Shown piece after piece: positions 37,682 through 50,241 of a DNA stretch of 64,000 nucleotides. Position 1 is the first letter of the stretch, and every line of letters begins with the position of its first letter. Both the position numbers and the translations under genes were made by a program. The DNA comes from Setoptus koraiensis. Lineage: Eukaryota; Animalia; Arthropoda. The stretch spans positions 1,674,001 to 1,738,000 of the forward strand of contig CM106586.1 of the NCBI GenBank assembly GCA_048013815.1, given 5' to 3'. The notes below the pieces were generated by a model. That model worked only from the letters and a program-made list of their open reading frames with translations. It was not told where the DNA came from and did not search any database.

Positions 37682-38755
37682 CGAGAAATTGAGCTTGAAA
37701 TTGACGTTAAGGTTTGTGCGCGCACTCTCACAACGACACCACCACCACCACCACTAACAACAGCGACGGTAGCAGCAACAACAACGGCAACGTCAATCAG
37801 TCGTGTGCGTGCTTGTGCGATCTTGGCAAAAGTGTCTTGACGCAATTCATCACACGCCTTGCAACGGTTGGTGGGCGCCATCAACTGTAACCAGTGTGCT
37901 GTGGTTGTTACTGTTGCCGGTGACGACGTGTGAGCATATGCGCTCCACTAATTGTCTAATTGTTTAATTGTCTAGTTGTCTAATTGTGTTCGTGCTAACT
38001 ATCCACCGCTAATTATCACACATTCAATATATCACTCACAATAGGCAGCTCATCTCAAGTGGCGAATCAGCGCCAGACCGAAATCGGACCAACTTGTTGT
38101 TGTGCAGCCCATGCAGTCAATACATGCAACACAAACACCTCAACCAAGCAAGCCATACATTAGCCAGTCATTAATAGTGAACAGGTGATACAAAGCAACA
38201 CAATACAAACCGACACAGCACACCGACACATTATTGCATCATCATTGTCGTCGTCGCAGATAATCATCGTATAATAATAGTAACTAACAATAGTAATAAA
38301 TTATCTTCTATATATATATATATTAACACAGTGCAAGTGCGTAGGTGTCGAGCGAGCACCTTGAATGGCGAGCTGTGGCAATTCTATCGAGCCATTAGCA
38401 GCCAGTCGGTTGACAGCAGAATAGCAATAGACGGTAGCAGTGTATGCGGCCAATTCATACCTTGAACCATCGTCGCAAGCGTCACAAGCGCACACAATCA
38501 GTGAATTATTGCGCGACCTCAGCGTGTGTGATCCATCCATTCAGAGTTCAAGAGTAAACATGAGTTGTCGATGACACTTGATGAGCCAGGGTCACTATAC
38601 AAGCTGCGTCTCCGCGAACAAGCAAACTCTCAAGAAGGAAGAAGATACAATTAGCCGCCTATTGGTGGCGTCGTAACTAACGTCGGCGCAAGATTCGTTC
38701 ACCTTGATCATAAGTGTCAAGTGCTGGTCAACGAGCATCGATTCACGCTCTCTCA

Positions 38756-38852
38756 CATCCGCGCATCCGCGCACCCGAGCATCCGAACATCCGAACATCC
38801 GAACATTTGAGCGTCGCAACATCCGAACGCCCGAGCTGCCCAATATCCGAGC
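38756..38852. repeat. Degenerate 8-bp tandem array (CATCCGAA-like)
   Basis: catccgcg catccgcg cacccgag catccgaa catccgaa catccgaa..., with decaying units afterwards. Confidence 0.85.
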
Positions 38853-40176
38853 GAACGCAGCGAGCAGGCGCTCGTCAGGTGATCAGGTCGCACAGAGGCG
38901 ACAGTCGCCGGCAACTCACTTGCCACTTGTCACTTGCTTGTTGGCCGACTGTCTAGCCGCCGACTAATTTACTAGTGACAGCCCATTAAGTGAGTGAGTG
39001 AGCGAGCGAGCGAGCATGCATACACAAAATCGGGCTTAATTATTATTATATCAGCAGCGGGCTCAAGGTTGTTGTCAGTTCGCATTGGCTCATCGGCTTA
39101 CAAGCTGGGCCAGTTCATTGCAGCTCATTTGTGAGTGCAAGTGCAAGTGCCAGTGCAGTTGATGAATTATTCAACAACTGATCAATCAAGAATCAATAAT
39201 AACGGTGACAATCGGCAACAACAACAACGCATTAGCGTCAACATCTAATTTTAATCAACAACAAACAGCGCAAGTGCAACCACAATATATTCCGCTAGCC
39301 TGTCACTCACTATCCAGAGGCACCGTTAAAATCACTCACGCCCCATATGTATCGCTCATTGTCAGTGGATCTTGCTCGCCAAAAGATGCAACAAAGCTGC
39401 TAATCACAGCACAATACATTCACCTATCATCTCCGTTATCTGTGAGTCCACTTTTCAGCGCCAGCAACAAACTAATTTGTGTCACTGCACGTCACCACTC
39501 ACTGGTCAACAAGAGACCCACTGCTCCAGTTTTGGCCGCTCGCGGCTTGGCCACACAACAACAGCAGCAGCAGCAGCAACAACAACAACAACAATATTCA
39601 TCCAACATTCACGCAACCTTGAAGCCAATTAATTTGCCGCTGCCAACTTTGACCGAAATATCCGTTATCCGTTACCCGTTACCCGACTAGCAACCCGAGA
39701 TATCAACGAGCAGACCTCCAGCAGCGATATAATGTGCGAATAGCACGAAATCACCCGCTCCAGCGAGCTACTCGTCACAGCAGCACCAGCGACAACATAA
39801 ACAATACGACACAGTAACAAAGGGGGCCCCCATTACACAAATTGAATCATCAGTTACTATATCTAGTCTGAGTCAATTAGTGATAATGAATACAGTAGTG
39901 ACGGAAAAATGGAGATTGCACTACAACAACAACACTAAGACCAGAATCAAGAAGCCAGTCAAGTTGGCCTGTCCCGCATCTAGAATTTTCAGGCAACAAA
40001 TGATCAGATTAAAATTAAAATCGAAGCAAATTCTCATTTTGACACTACTACTACTAATACAAGGCCCGCTAATAAAATTGCAACACGCTTGTTAGGCAAC
40101 AACAAGCTATCAACACAATTATCAAAAATAACAAAACGAACAAACGTCACAATAACAACACAAAACTAATCTGACA

Positions 40177-40794
40177 ATGTCATTGGTACTATCAAACATA
40201 CTAACTACAACCAATTATAGCCATGTAGACAATAATATTTGGTCACAAACGGGCTCGCCAATTGGGCCGGCCCACAACAAATCACATTCTTTGTCTTTGT
40301 CCATTATGGATCATCTAGTCAACAATAGTTTCAATAGTTTTGAGAGCAGTGATACAGCCAATGTTAACACTTCTAACACAACCAATATAACAACTCTACA
40401 ACTTGATACCATATTGACGCTATTGTCCACTAGTTCCATTTTAGATTTGATTCGTACAATTTACTCTATTTGTGCCACTATTTTGTCAACATTAGGACTA
40501 TTATTAAACTTATTCATTGTTTGGATAATAATCTGGCAGAAGCGCCTAACAACCAATCAAGCACCCACCAATCTATTGTTGTTGCAATTAGCTTTAACAG
40601 GAATAACATTCTCATTTTTAATTATATTAGATCTTGTTCAATGGCCAACTGAAACTATTACAACTGCAACAAAAGCCACCACATATGACGACCAATTGAT
40701 TGCCGTCGATGCATCGCAACAACCATCATTACTAACTGCAACAATGATTGATTTAAATGATACTAGCAATAATAATTATAATAATGATTATGCT

Positions 40795-40827
<33 letters not shown>

Positions 40828-43800
40828 GCAACAACAAACAAACTATTGAACATTATAATATCGCCACAATCTAGTCACAAAAATATAACAACAATTAGTA
40901 ATTGTAACATAACGACAAACGACAATGATGATGACGTAATTGAGAACATCATTCATGTTAGGAGTAATGCCAATTTGACACCGGCACTAACAATCGGCGA
41001 TCCATCACAGCAACAGTTGCCGTCGTCGTTGTTTACAGCATTGTCGATAATGATAGCGTCGCTGATGCCCTTGTTTATCAGCATGTTTCAAACTGTACAT
41101 GTGAGTATATGAGTAACCAATTCTAAAAAGTGTCTTCAATCGATGCATATCCGGCGCGTGAAATTGAAACAAGATGAGCAATCAATGAAATTGGATAGAC
41201 GGACTAGCGTGCATCGTTGTGCATTGATGAAATTACAATGAAATGCAAGGCTCGAGTGATCAATGATCGACTAGATCATGCATAAATGATGAATCATCGT
41301 CGTTTCTCAGAAACGTTTCCGTTTTTTAATGAACGTCTCCTATAGTTTTGTTTATCCCTGCATTTGAATGGTCGCGCCATGTGGGTGCGCCCCAGATATC
41401 GAATCTTGGAGAAAGGGATTGAAAAGCGGATCGAGATGTGTCACATGCGAGGCGCCTTATCCAATGCAAAGTGTGCTCAAAAAGCCCAAAAAGTTGCGTC
41501 ACCCAAATGGGCATTATAGCGCCTTGCGTGGGTTATAATTGTTGCATTCACTTATTGGTTACTTTGCAACTATATTCAGATTATCAGTGATGCAACTTGA
41601 TAACTAGGACAATGATTGATTTTCTTTTCTCTTCATTTTCAATCCAATCCGACAAACACTGACATGACAACACCACAGATCTGGACTGTGGCAGCTCTGT
41701 CTATAGATAGATATTGTGCCATATCCAACCCATTACACTATTTACGTTTTGTCTATGCCAAACGTACTATAGCATTCATTATATTTGCCTGGACATTGTC
41801 GTTGACACTCAATGTGATTGTACCTATCACTCTGGATCAATTCACCACGTTATCGGCCAATACTTTTACGAAGCTCGACAACAACAATATTAACAATGAT
41901 GCATCTCGTCGTTTAGTTCGAGCTCAACAGTTATTGGCCGATCACCAAGGACAAGATAACGAGCCCCCAATCGTCCTAAATTCAATCTTAACCTCCAGTC
42001 CGACTGCTGATAATTATAACAACAAACTACAACACAACAGTAGAAATATCGTGATACCACCGGTGAAAGCCTTCAATCATATTGACGTGAGTGATAATAG
42101 AGAGATCAATAGAAAGGCCTTGCTTGATAATAATGTGAATAGTCAAGAGCAATCAGCAGATTTGGGCGACGAGTATGATGTGGAATGTTTTGGTAGCTTC
42201 AATAATCGTGACAATATTGCTCTTGGCACTTTCGACGACCCGTTGCTACAACAATCAACCTTTAAATCGATGGCCGCTCTATGGTCTCCCTCAAAATCGG
42301 TCACACAATGGCTTTGGATTGATCATAAGCTTGCACAAGCAAGCAACAACCATTTCAATCGTCGAGGACCGACTAATAGGAAACTAATCAAATGCAGTAA
42401 CAATGATTCTGCCCATTCAATGGGCTCGAATAGCATGAAATATACGCATGCGAATAGTACGGTTAATATTGGGCTTTCAGCCAAGGAGGCGTCGCGGTCA
42501 AACGAGATTCCGAAAGAATCTCAAAAGCATCAGCGTCATATAATAATGATCAAATTAACATTATATTCTACTACATGCCTTATATTGGTGATATTAGTGC
42601 CACTTATGATCATAATATTATGCAATATCCACATCTATTATATAGCTAAGAATCACAAAAGCCGTATGCTCACTAACAGTGGCAGATCTAACAAACAGAC
42701 GCCAACACCCAGTTTTAGTGGCGCAAATCACATCCCATCACATCATTACGATTTAGAGGCCAATAGAGAATTGTCTTTAGCATCTAAGCTAGCCAAGAAG
42801 CGTCAATTGCTGACACGTTTATCATCATCACAGTCACTCACCACCACAACAGCAACCGTGCCTACAATCAACGAAAAGGTGGGCCATCATCAGGTAGTAG
42901 TTCCTAGCAACAATAGCAATCAGCTTAATAGTTTGCTCAGCACCAATAGCTATCTGTCAAAGAGGTCGCGCCCGCCCGTAATGCGTGCATCCTCGCTCCA
43001 GGATGATTCATTGATTCCGGTGGGCCCACAATTTAGCCTAACCGACGAGACAAACGAGGATCATATGCACCGAGACCTTTATCAACAATTGTGTCAAGAC
43101 TATAGTGACTTTACAGTTCAGTCGCAGCAGCAGCAGCATCATGACAGCAACCTGGCGACTAACGATGCAAAACCCGATGAAAGACTAATGTCTTCTGCCA
43201 CCAGTCAAAAACATGACGACGGACAAGTGCAACAAGTCGTCACGTCGTCACGTGCCACTAACACATCACCGAGCATTGCAAAAAATGACGCTTTTAACAG
43301 AAGATATTACCCATCAAGACAATCATCATCGTCCTCCATTCAACTGCCCAATTGCACTGATCAAAGCAGGCATAAATGTTGTAGACGCACTAATAGCCGA
43401 GCATCTTTGATATCGGCCAGCCATAGTGTCAAATTGAACAACAATAGCAGGCAGCAAAGTATTGTTAGTTTTAGCGATAATTTACCTACCTATACCAGTG
43501 ATCATCAAACTGCAAATCGCGACGCTCTCGACCAAGATACAAACGACAAGACGATGGCACAATCCCAGTTGAGTGCCAATGATAAGCTTGGCACAGATCG
43601 AATGCGATCTACCAAAAACGGCTCGTTGAGACACGAAAGAAATTGCATCAGTCTTCTTGTTAATCATCCGTCGCATCAGAGCCCAGTGAATCATACTAAT
43701 CACTATGGTTGTCATCAACACAATTTAAGGAATCACTACAACGATGTCGATAGCATCGCTCACAATCTAAAAATAGCCGGATTAACGCTGGCTGGAATCA

Positions 43801-46800
43801 AGAGTGACAAATGTTTGAGAGAGAATCATTATCAGAACAGAGTTCACCAATATCACGCTCACTGTCCGGCTAAAATGAACTCAAATCATTCTAATTGTAT
43901 GTGTGCTTGTTACGATTGCACCATTTATAGTTATCAGAGCTATTCTCATACCTCGAGTAGTTCGCTCAATTATTATCCATTACTATTGGGCGGTATGACA
44001 GCGGGAGTGATAGCGGCCCCTCAGGGTTCCTCGTGCGGTTTCTCGCAAGTGGCAACTTCTGTTGGTGTCAGGAAACATGATGCATTCAGCGCAGTTATCT
44101 ATCTCATATTAGGCTTACTTTTGTTTGGTCTGCCCCATTACATCTTGGTTAGCTATGCTATTATAAAATCTCCATTGCATTCTGTCTTGTCCAATGAGCC
44201 CTTGAGTAATGGGCTAGATGAGGAGAAGTGGTTCGCCATATTGTCAACCGCATGTCGCTTGTTGTTCATCGCAATGATACCTGTAAACGCGTGGCTTTAT
44301 GGAATCAGATCACGATCGCTGCGATCTACAATGCGTCGCGTTTTGCATAGGTACATCAGTCGTAGGCAAGCATCCATTGAGATAAGCAGGAGACGCAAGT
44401 CTAGTCCATCTATTCGTTCACGTGATTCATCCTCTTTCAAGAAAGGTAGTTCGTGTGCATATGGTTATGGCAACTTTTGGTCACCATCCAATCAAAAGAG
44501 CTCATCACAAAATATTCCTACACTTATGGGTCAGTGTCAGGTATGTGATTGTAGAAGAGCACATTCATGTTGCACATCCATTATGGAGGGAGCCTTCAAT
44601 TGTCTTAGTAATGCGTCCCAGAGTCAATGTGATTCTAATAAGAATTGTTTCTCATTGGCAGAACATCGCACCGTAAAAAGCCACGAAAAATCATGCGCCA
44701 AAAGAAGAAACTTTTTATTTAGAAATTCCAGTTCACCATTAAACCCTTTTGCAGTATTACACTCATTGGCAATGAAATTGGTTGATCCAGACGTGGCGGC
44801 CTCCAAAAGTAGCAAATCAAACAATTCATCGTTGAACCAAGACTGTAATATAAATGAAAACGTGTGCTCCTCTAACCAAATGGAATGCGCTCATCATAAA
44901 CAATCAGCCACTCAGTCATCAATGCCAAACATGATGAAAAAAAGGGATAGCTGTTGTCAATCAACAAAAAAACAAATAAGTAATCAGCAATCGGAAGAAG
45001 ATTGCTCGTGTGATTTGATTCATGTCGCTACGTCTACACCAGACAGATTCCAGCACATCTCAGCTACCACTGAGAGTAGCGCCGGAAGTACAGCTGATTT
45101 TAATAGAGATGACGATCAGATGCTGACGTTGCTTTTGAAAAAGACTAGAAGCGCCAAAGCGGCTCGTTTGCAACGATGTCTCGCCATCAATCAGTCTGAC
45201 TTGGTTTCTTCAAAATTTAAAAAGACTGCATCTGATGATCGCTGGGCAGCCAGCGACCACACTAGTGATAGCAGCAGACGCGTTTCATCTGCCTCAACAC
45301 TTGAATCCAGCTTGGTATTATCCACCGCCTCGACGAAATGCCAATGCAATTGCACCAACTATCACATACAAGACTGCCTGATGACATGCCATCAAAAGTT
45401 CCAACAGTTGCCGTTATCCGAACAGACAAGTAATTCTACCACAGCCACTACGGTGTATCAGCAGTCACAACATACACCAACAGTTATTGGTAGAAAATAT
45501 TCCGGTTGTAATTGTCAATCGGTGAGTCGAAGATGCAGTACTATACATAACCCGCAGTTGTCATTCGATAGTCCACAGAAAGCCTACAATGAGAATGATA
45601 TCCATGTGGGGTCCAAACAGAGGACCTCAATAGACTCGGAGTATGCCTTCTATAATGAAAATCTAGGTGACACAGACATGGAAAGTCAATTTGATCATGA
45701 CAATAAAGACTCTAACCTTTCGAGTGACACCCAGAATGTGTTGGCGAAGATAGGTTTCGGCTTTGGTTTAGGTTTCGGTATTGGTTTCGGGCATTGTTCG
45801 AGTAGTAACAGTAAAAGTGATTTAAAAGAAACTAAGAGATCTTGGCGCACTCGTCACTCGATACCTTCTACAGATAGTGCACTTCAGGTTGATGAACAGG
45901 AAAGACTGGCCTTGCTCAATTCAACACAAAAGCAGTCATATAAACATACACAAACAGATACAACAAGTAAACTAGATCTAGACCCACAAGATTTCTCTCG
46001 AATGAGAACCTCAAAGATAAACCAACGCAGGCGACATAGTCACAGCCATTGCGACTCATCTCCTAATAAAAGAAATGGTAGCATTCAACTGGAGACAATT
46101 AGAAAATCCAAGTTAGATCCGAGTGAACAAGGTCATGATGATTTGAAGATCAAGATCACCAGCCACAAACATGAGAGCGCCAGTGAAAACGACGCGTGTC
46201 GAGCCAAAAAAAATGACTTGCTAGACAAATATTCCGAGGGCGATGAAAGGCGTGCCGAAGCCGTGGATAACATAAAGAAGATGCTAATCTTGACCCTCGA
46301 TAGATCGAAACAATGCGGTTACTCTACATCGATCATAGAGAACAATCCATCTTGTTTAAGAACAAACCATAATTCATGTAATACTCTCTCGAATCATAAA
46401 GATGATGGGAATATTAAAAACAATTCATGCCGAGCAAATCATGAGAAGACCACCGCAAGCACGCGATATCCCAGCTCCAATATTGATGGGTTGAATATTA
46501 AGGGCACGATGAATGAGAACTACTCGACTCTCAAACCCATGACTACAGATTGCAAGTGGTCAGAATATACGAAAGACCTCCAATGTTCTAACAAAAACTC
46601 ATCTCCACAAGATGAGATGATGAAATCTGTCACGCAAAACACTGTCAGCACGACAACCACGCCAAACAAATGTGATACTGTTGTAAGTTACGAAGATAAT
46701 AGTGCTATATATACCAGCATCAGCCTCAAGATAAAAGAACGCAGGAAAAGCGAAATAGAGCCAGCAAAGATAACAATTGATACGAAAAAGCCAAATATTC

Positions 46801-47441
46801 CATCGGCTATTAATCTCATGTTGGCACAATGTTCGCCTATAGAGGTCAGTGAATTTTCGGCAGATTCTACTAGCCATCAGATCGAACCGACATCACTGAG
46901 GACCCTTCTACAGTCTGCTGAGCAGAATAATAATATTGTTGGAAAACAAACAATTAGTAACTGCATTGTAGTTCCCAAGTTCTTGGCACGCGAAATTGAC
47001 AGAACTACTGATTTCAATAGGAGCAAGAGTAGATTACTAGTGGGGCCGTATACCGGACACAATGGTTTGAACCTAGAACAACGTACATTGGCTGGGTATG
47101 GTGCGACGAAAACTTCTGTCAATAGTTTATTGAACGCTATCAATATAATGACATCTCAAAGTACCAAAGATGACAAACCTAAAGTCATCAACGATTCGAT
47201 CAAAGATAAGGAAAATGCATGTTCTCATGATGAAACGAAAGCCAATGATCTGCCAGTTGAGTGTAGGAGTAGTAATCATAGATTGTTACCACCGACAACA
47301 ATACAACTGAGCTGTGTAGGAGGATCTCGGCAAATAATCACTAATACACTGCTCAGTCCAATCAGAGAGGGATCAGCCAATCACTCGTGCGCATCATCGC
47401 AGACTTCCCTGGATAATTCATCAATTCTTAATCTCAATTAG
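40177..47441 (+). CDS. Class A (rhodopsin-like) orphan GPCR with very large loops; join(40177..41100,41679..47441), about 2,228 aa
   Basis: The phase-0 intron (CAT|gtgagt...cactgac...ccacag|ATC) joins TM3 as SMFQTVH|IWTVAALSIDRYCAISNPLHY. TM1 LGLLLNLFIV, TM2 LLQLALTG, TM4 IIFAWTLS, TM5 ILVILVPLMIIILCNIHIY, TM6 LGLLLFGLPHYIL, TM7 IPVNAWLYGIRSRSLR. AATAAA at 47553-47558. Confidence 0.9.
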
Positions 47442-47661
47442 AACCATCTTGAGATCTGATCGACTATTTCGTCCAAAAACGTAGTCGAAACCGGATGATA
47501 GCTCCAAAGACAGTATCAGTATAAGGATGTTCTAATCATTACAACTCCGAAAAATAAACAATAATCTATTGTTTGATGTTAAATGTGTAAATTTTTACTA
47601 AGGGGAAGTTGCTTAAAGTTATAGTTCTCCACCACTTCTTTTTTTTTTCTTTGGCTGAATT

Positions 47662-49032
47662 TTATTCTTCTGCTTCATGATCAACGTCTTTGGTACTTTG
47701 TTTAAAATTGGCCGGTGAGATCTCTTCAATGTTACCATCTTTGCTTATTCCCATGGGTTTAATGATACCTCCCTCGGATAGAGTGTTAATCAGTTTGGCA
47801 AGCTCAACTGCATGATGCTCTTTTTGTTCCTCCGACATGCCATCCATAGGATCCTCACCAGCTATCTGATGCGCGCCAGTAACTGGATTTATTTTGTTCA
47901 AGTTGCTAAGATACTCTTCCGAATCGCTGGTTTCACTGTCGCTGGAATACACTTGAGTGGGAATATTCTGCCGGGCCTTTGAATTTTCCAGTTGCATAAG
48001 TCCTCGATTGGCGAGAAAACCAGCAGCATTTCCAAAGCCAGTATACTTTATAAATCTATTAACATTTTCTTTACATAGTATAAAAATGAGCAGTGCGGTA
48101 GCTTCTTTGATTTCAGTATCAACTGAAGTCATCAATCGGACTAGGTTACCTCTGATAGAATCATCGAGCTCAGGTCTAGTAGCGTAGTTAGTATCTTTGG
48201 GCAGTATTCTATCTTTCCAGGAGTGCCTAATTTTTCTATTACTTTTACACATGGTTACACAACATGTTAATATGGGTAAAAGATTTTCACGGAGATCACT
48301 ATTATCACGAGCAGATAATCTACTATTTAGAAAGTTGAGCATCTTGTCAGACACCTCTTCAGTGAATAGATTGTAAATACCATGAGGTAGATTCGACAGC
48401 AAATGTATTGTGTCGACAAAGACTCCATCGTTATTTAGATTATCAAAGTCGAAATGAGAAAGTAATTTTATCAATATCTCATAGAGAGGTTCCTCCGGTG
48501 GAGCTTGTTCAATTGTTAGATTGAAAAGAACTTTCAATATTTCGCATAATGTGTCCTGAGAGCTAGGATCAGAGAACTCAGTTTCACTAATAAGTTTTAT
48601 GAGAGTGTCATACGTTTTATCTAAAATCCTTCTCCTTGAATTTGGATTTAGAGCCGATAAAAGGAACAATATTTTGAGGTCAAAAATAAGAATTGCCTGA
48701 GGGCAATCACTGAACAATCTAGAAGTAAAACAATCTATATATGGCCCTATACAGTATTCCCTGGAGGATGGGTAATTGAGTATTATATTGTGCAGACACT
48801 TTTGGGCCTCTAAATATCGATCCTTCGCTAAACATACCAGAATTTCGATTGAGTTGAGATCAAAACAATTCTCCAGGTTCTTGGAGCGAGCTAATATTCT
48901 AAGTTTTCGAAGCAAATCCTCAATGTCGTCTCTTGATTTGTTCGTGGTCAAACATTGTGGTTGAATCATGGATAATATTCTTCTACATTCAGTAATATCT
49001 GGGAGTTCTTTGGAGCAACTCGGTTCCGACAT
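47662..49032 (-). CDS. RIC8: Synembryn / RIC8 G-alpha chaperone and GEF, intronless, about 456 aa
   Basis: ARM/HEAT-like helices, IRGNLVRLMTS, LIFILCKENVNRFIKYTGFGNAAGFLANRGL, acidic SDSETSDSEEY and INPVTG motifs. The first ATG is at 49032 (the track start at 49053 is TTG). Confidence 0.95.
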   Translation of the reverse strand: MSEPSCSKELPDITECRRILSMIQPQCLTTNKSRDDIEDLLRKLRILARSKNLENCFDLNSIEILVCLAKDRYLEAQKCLHNIILNYPSSREYCIGPYIDCFTSRLFSDCPQAILIFDLKILFLLSALNPNSRRRILDKTYDTLIKLISETEFSDPSSQDTLCEILKVLFNLTIEQAPPEEPLYEILIKLLSHFDFDNLNNDGVFVDTIHLLSNLPHGIYNLFTEEVSDKMLNFLNSRLSARDNSDLRENLLPILTCCVTMCKSNRKIRHSWKDRILPKDTNYATRPELDDSIRGNLVRLMTSVDTEIKEATALLIFILCKENVNRFIKYTGFGNAAGFLANRGLMQLENSKARQNIPTQVYSSDSETSDSEEYLSNLNKINPVTGAHQIAGEDPMDGMSEEQKEHHAVELAKLINTLSEGGIIKPMGISKDGNIEEISPANFKQSTKDVDHEAEE

Positions 49033-49456
49033 CTCGATTGTGATTTTGTTCAATAAATAATGTTAAACAGATCGCTTTCAGAGAAAATATCAATTGTATC
49101 ACGCAATAACATGTTTCGATAACCTGAATTTGCATGTGGCGATACAATGTGGCTTTTGAAATATACGCTCTGTGCCAATCCCTCTTCGTATGTGCGCTCA
49201 GATATCTCTGTGCGCATATTTGCTTTTCATATTGAACTTCAACAGTTGAAGTATTAATACGTATACATATAAATAATTTTCATTGTTTCGATTTCAATGT
49301 ATGCAAATTCATTTATTTATAATAATAAAATATCGGCTCCCTCTCACTCTATTTACTGAGAGAATCTCCAATCATAGCATTGATTTCCACGCATTCCTTT
49401 TAATTCCACGTCTAAAATCCAACAGTATTGCAACCAGGTGCATTATAAACACAACT
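49033..49456. promoter_or_regulatory. Divergent promoter region shared by RIC8 and UFM1
   Basis: Head-to-head ATGs separated by 424 bp. Confidence 0.55.
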
Positions 49457-49795
49457 ATGACGAGCCAGGAAAGTTCGGGCCACTCAGCATCGACTGTATC
49501 ATTCCGGATAACATTGACTTCAGACCCCAAGTTACCTTACAAAATTCTGAAGGTGCCAGACACGACGCCATTTACAGCTGTTGTAAAATTTGCCGCAGAA
49601 CAATTCAAATCGTCACCAGAGACAAGCGCCATTATTACAGATGACGGAGTTGGCATAAATCCCGCACAAACAGCTGGAGACGTATTTCTCAAACATGGAT
49701 GCGAATTGAGGTTGATACCACGAGACCGAGTGGGAGCAATAATCGGTAGAATCATTGGCATTGAAGCAGCAGAAGAAAAAGAAAAGAATAAGTAG
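49457..49795 (+). CDS. UFM1: Ubiquitin-fold modifier 1 precursor, 112 aa, with a 19-aa C-terminal extension
   Basis: [37 protein letters not shown]...[40 protein letters not shown] at 49457. Confidence 0.96.
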   Translation: MTSQESSGHSASTVSFRITLTSDPKLPYKILKVPDTTPFTAVVKFAAEQFKSSPETSAIITDDGVGINPAQTAGDVFLKHGCELRLIPRDRVGAIIGRIIGIEAAEEKEKNK

Positions 49796-49800
49796 TATGC

Positions 49801-50241
49801 TTATATAGGTTTAATTTTGAAATGTAAACTAATTAATGATAATACAAGACATTTGAGATCTTGAACGAGATAGTAGAAACATCTCAATCCTTCAGGGTCT
49901 TTACTTTGGTTAACATCAATCAAAGACCCTATCTTAGAGGTGGTAAAAGAGATGTGTTGATCGCCTATCAGAATTTCTAGTTCTTGCCTGCCGACTCTGT
50001 CTGGCTGAGGCCAGCTGGCGTCATCTTCTTGCATGATTTCGCTGTCCTCTATGATTCGCTTCAATTCTTCCAATACAATTCCGCTGACGTAGGCTTCCTT
50101 TCTGATCATGGTATCGTTCTTGTAGTTGGAATTATTCGCATAACGCAACTTCCCGTCTGGTCTGAATTCGAATTCCAAAAATTCATGTCCAAATTTTCCC
50201 TTATGTCCAACATAGTATCTTAAATAGAATTCCTCCGACAT
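49801..50241 (-). CDS. mago: Mago nashi (exon junction complex core), intronless, 146 aa
   Basis: Near-invariant [45 protein letters not shown]...[25 protein letters not shown]. Confidence 0.99.
   Translation of the reverse strand: MSEEFYLRYYVGHKGKFGHEFLEFEFRPDGKLRYANNSNYKNDTMIRKEAYVSGIVLEELKRIIEDSEIMQEDDASWPQPDRVGRQELEILIGDQHISFTTSKIGSLIDVNQSKDPEGLRCFYYLVQDLKCLVLSLISLHFKIKPI

Noticed and set aside
28080-38852. Short repeat arrays considered as CRISPR-like repeat-spacer structures
   Set aside because: The units are directly adjacent with no unique spacers, the context is eukaryotic, and no cas genes are present.
39205-39690. 161-codon ORF upstream of the GPCR
   Set aside because: GTG start with no in-frame ATG, a poly-Q/CAA-biased region that favours open frames, and no splice link to the GPCR found.
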